Shown: positions 62,827 through 64,000 of the stretch, piece after piece
Layout of the letters: each line of letters opens with the position of its first letter
Position numbering within the stretch: position 1 is the stretch's first letter
Position numbers and translations under genes: made by a program
From: a virus
Virus record (IMG/VR): IMGVR_UViG_3300045988_145033
Coordinates: 96,001 to 160,000 of that record
DNA length: 64,000 nucleotides
Strand: one strand, 5' to 3'
The notes under the pieces: generated by a model
The model's input: the letters and a program-made list of their open reading frames with translations, nothing else
The model's database searches: none
What the model was told of the DNA's origin: nothing

Positions 62827-64000
62827 ATGCCACAAAAAATGAATTTTTTAACAGCTACAAATCTTGTAGGAGATAAAACTAAAATGGACTTCTCGTATAA
62901 GTTTACAGTATCAATACTTGATAAGAAAATACCTGATGCTTTTGTGCTGTCTTATTTTTATGATAGAGATTTCTTAAATTATATGTATCCGAAAAGGATA
63001 CTTAAAGTTTTACTTCTTCCACAAGACTATTATGATATAGTATCAAAACTTGCACCTGATAAACCTTTCGTTCCTGTTACGATTACAATAGATATAACTG
63101 CAAGACAAAGTGAGATTAATATGACACCCGTACACGTTACAGCGTCTTATTTACAAGGAGAGTTTACAGGTATAGTAGATAAGACTAAGGTTGACTCAAC
63201 TGTCCTTAAAACGGCTCAGCAAGCTTCTCAGGCAACAGGAGACAAGCAAGCTATAGGAGTTGAAAATGTATATGAACTTAATATAGCTTTATTTGATTTT
63301 GATGATTTAAACTTTACAAAAGAAGGAGTAGTATCTGGAAATATTGGAAGTGGTAAGAAAGTAGAAGATATAATAAAACACGCATTCGACGTATGTAAAG
63401 GAAAGAATAAGTGTAAACTTGCAATGGCACCGCCTGATAATAAAACTCCTGTAAAAAATTGTATCATATCAGCACAAGGATTTTTAGACTTCTTAAAATT
63501 TATAGATAGAGAATACGGGGTTTATAAATCTAAATACAATGTCTATGTAGAAGACGGAACTTGCTATATACTAAATACCGAAAAGAACGATACAGGTATG
63601 AATAAGGTTATGCAAGGAACGAAAGACGATAAGATAGATATAAATGTATATGAAGCTAAAAATAAACCTTTACAATTATACGGTATATCTTTAAACGAAG
63701 ACCACTTTAGATATAATGTATTTAAAAATAGTATGATACAAGATGAGATAACACTCGATGCTATAATGCGTCCAGTTGAATATACTATTAACTCATCAGG
63801 ACAAAAGTCTAAATCTCAAGAATCTCAAAATAAAAAGGAAACTATATCACCTACAGTTAAGGTAAATGCTGGAAGAACTAGAAGTATCACAAAGGATAAT
63901 AAAAATCCGTCTTTTAAAGGTGTAGTAATACTCGATGATGTTCCAGTCCACGTTATGCCTTATACGATTGTGAATTATGTAGCTGATAATAGAAAGGGTA
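62827..64000 (+). CDS. 3'-truncated CDS (hypothetical structural protein); open to the end of the window
   Basis: ATG at 62827 after GGGGTGA. No stop codon was seen in this frame to nt 64000 on a manual read, so it is absent from the ORF track. Confidence 0.45.
   Translation, partial: MPQKMNFLTATNLVGDKTKMDFSYKFTVSILDKKIPDAFVLSYFYDRDFLNYMYPKRILKVLLLPQDYYDIVSKLAPDKPFVPVTITIDITARQSEINMTPVHVTASYLQGEFTGIVDKTKVDSTVLKTAQQASQATGDKQAIGVENVYELNIALFDFDDLNFTKEGVVSGNIGSGKKVEDIIKHAFDVCKGKNKCKLAMAPPDNKTPVKNCIISAQGFLDFLKFIDREYGVYKSKYNVYVEDGTCYILNTEKNDTGMNKVMQGTKDDKIDINVYEAKNKPLQLYGISLNEDHFRYNVFKNSMIQDEITLDAIMRPVEYTINSSGQKSKSQESQNKKETISPTVKVNAGRTRSITKDNKNPSFKGVVILDDVPVHVMPYTIVNYVADNRKG

Overview
This 64 kb window is AT-rich (about 30% GC), gene-dense and reads as phage DNA. 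It most likely comes from a giant (jumbo) myovirus infecting a low-GC Firmicute. Strong ribosome-binding sites (GGAGG) precede almost every gene.

Recognisable genes:
- A terminase large subunit with a C-terminal nuclease domain.
- A head module (6.7-13.7 kb): an acidic scaffold-like protein, a putative major capsid protein and a MazG-like enzyme.
- Four paralogous large proteins (21.8-28.1 kb) with an N-terminal propeptide, a hydrophobic helix and a poly-Gly linker.
- A DnaG-like primase, an SbcC/Rad50-like ATPase and a DnaB-like helicase.
- An HTH regulator, a membrane-anchored SLT transglycosylase and a permuted-papain (YiiX-like) peptidase.
- A gp25/W baseplate wedge protein.
- Two separate genes encoding the C-terminal and N-terminal modules of a bacterial-type RNA polymerase beta subunit. 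This means the phage encodes its own multisubunit RNA polymerase, as in phiKZ/AR9-like phages.

Transcription signals are unusually legible:
- 14 copies of AACA-N6-TA sit 25-60 nt upstream of late/structural genes on both strands. This matches the AR9 non-virion RNAP late-promoter consensus.
- 11 copies of a second element, TATATWATAWAYGTAGAC, lie upstream of minus-strand early/middle genes. Four of them carry a conserved 5' leader whose hairpin covaries around a fixed AAGG loop.
- Two families of intrinsic terminators recur throughout.

Unexplained non-coding structure:
- ORF-free regions at 1.1-1.3 kb and 59.7-60.3 kb contain 8 copies of a GGACACCYAA motif next to hairpins.
- A 190 nt GC-rich island at 61.2-61.4 kb looks like a structured RNA.

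The window is truncated inside a gene at both ends. No tRNA, rRNA, CRISPR array or integrase/transposase was recognised.
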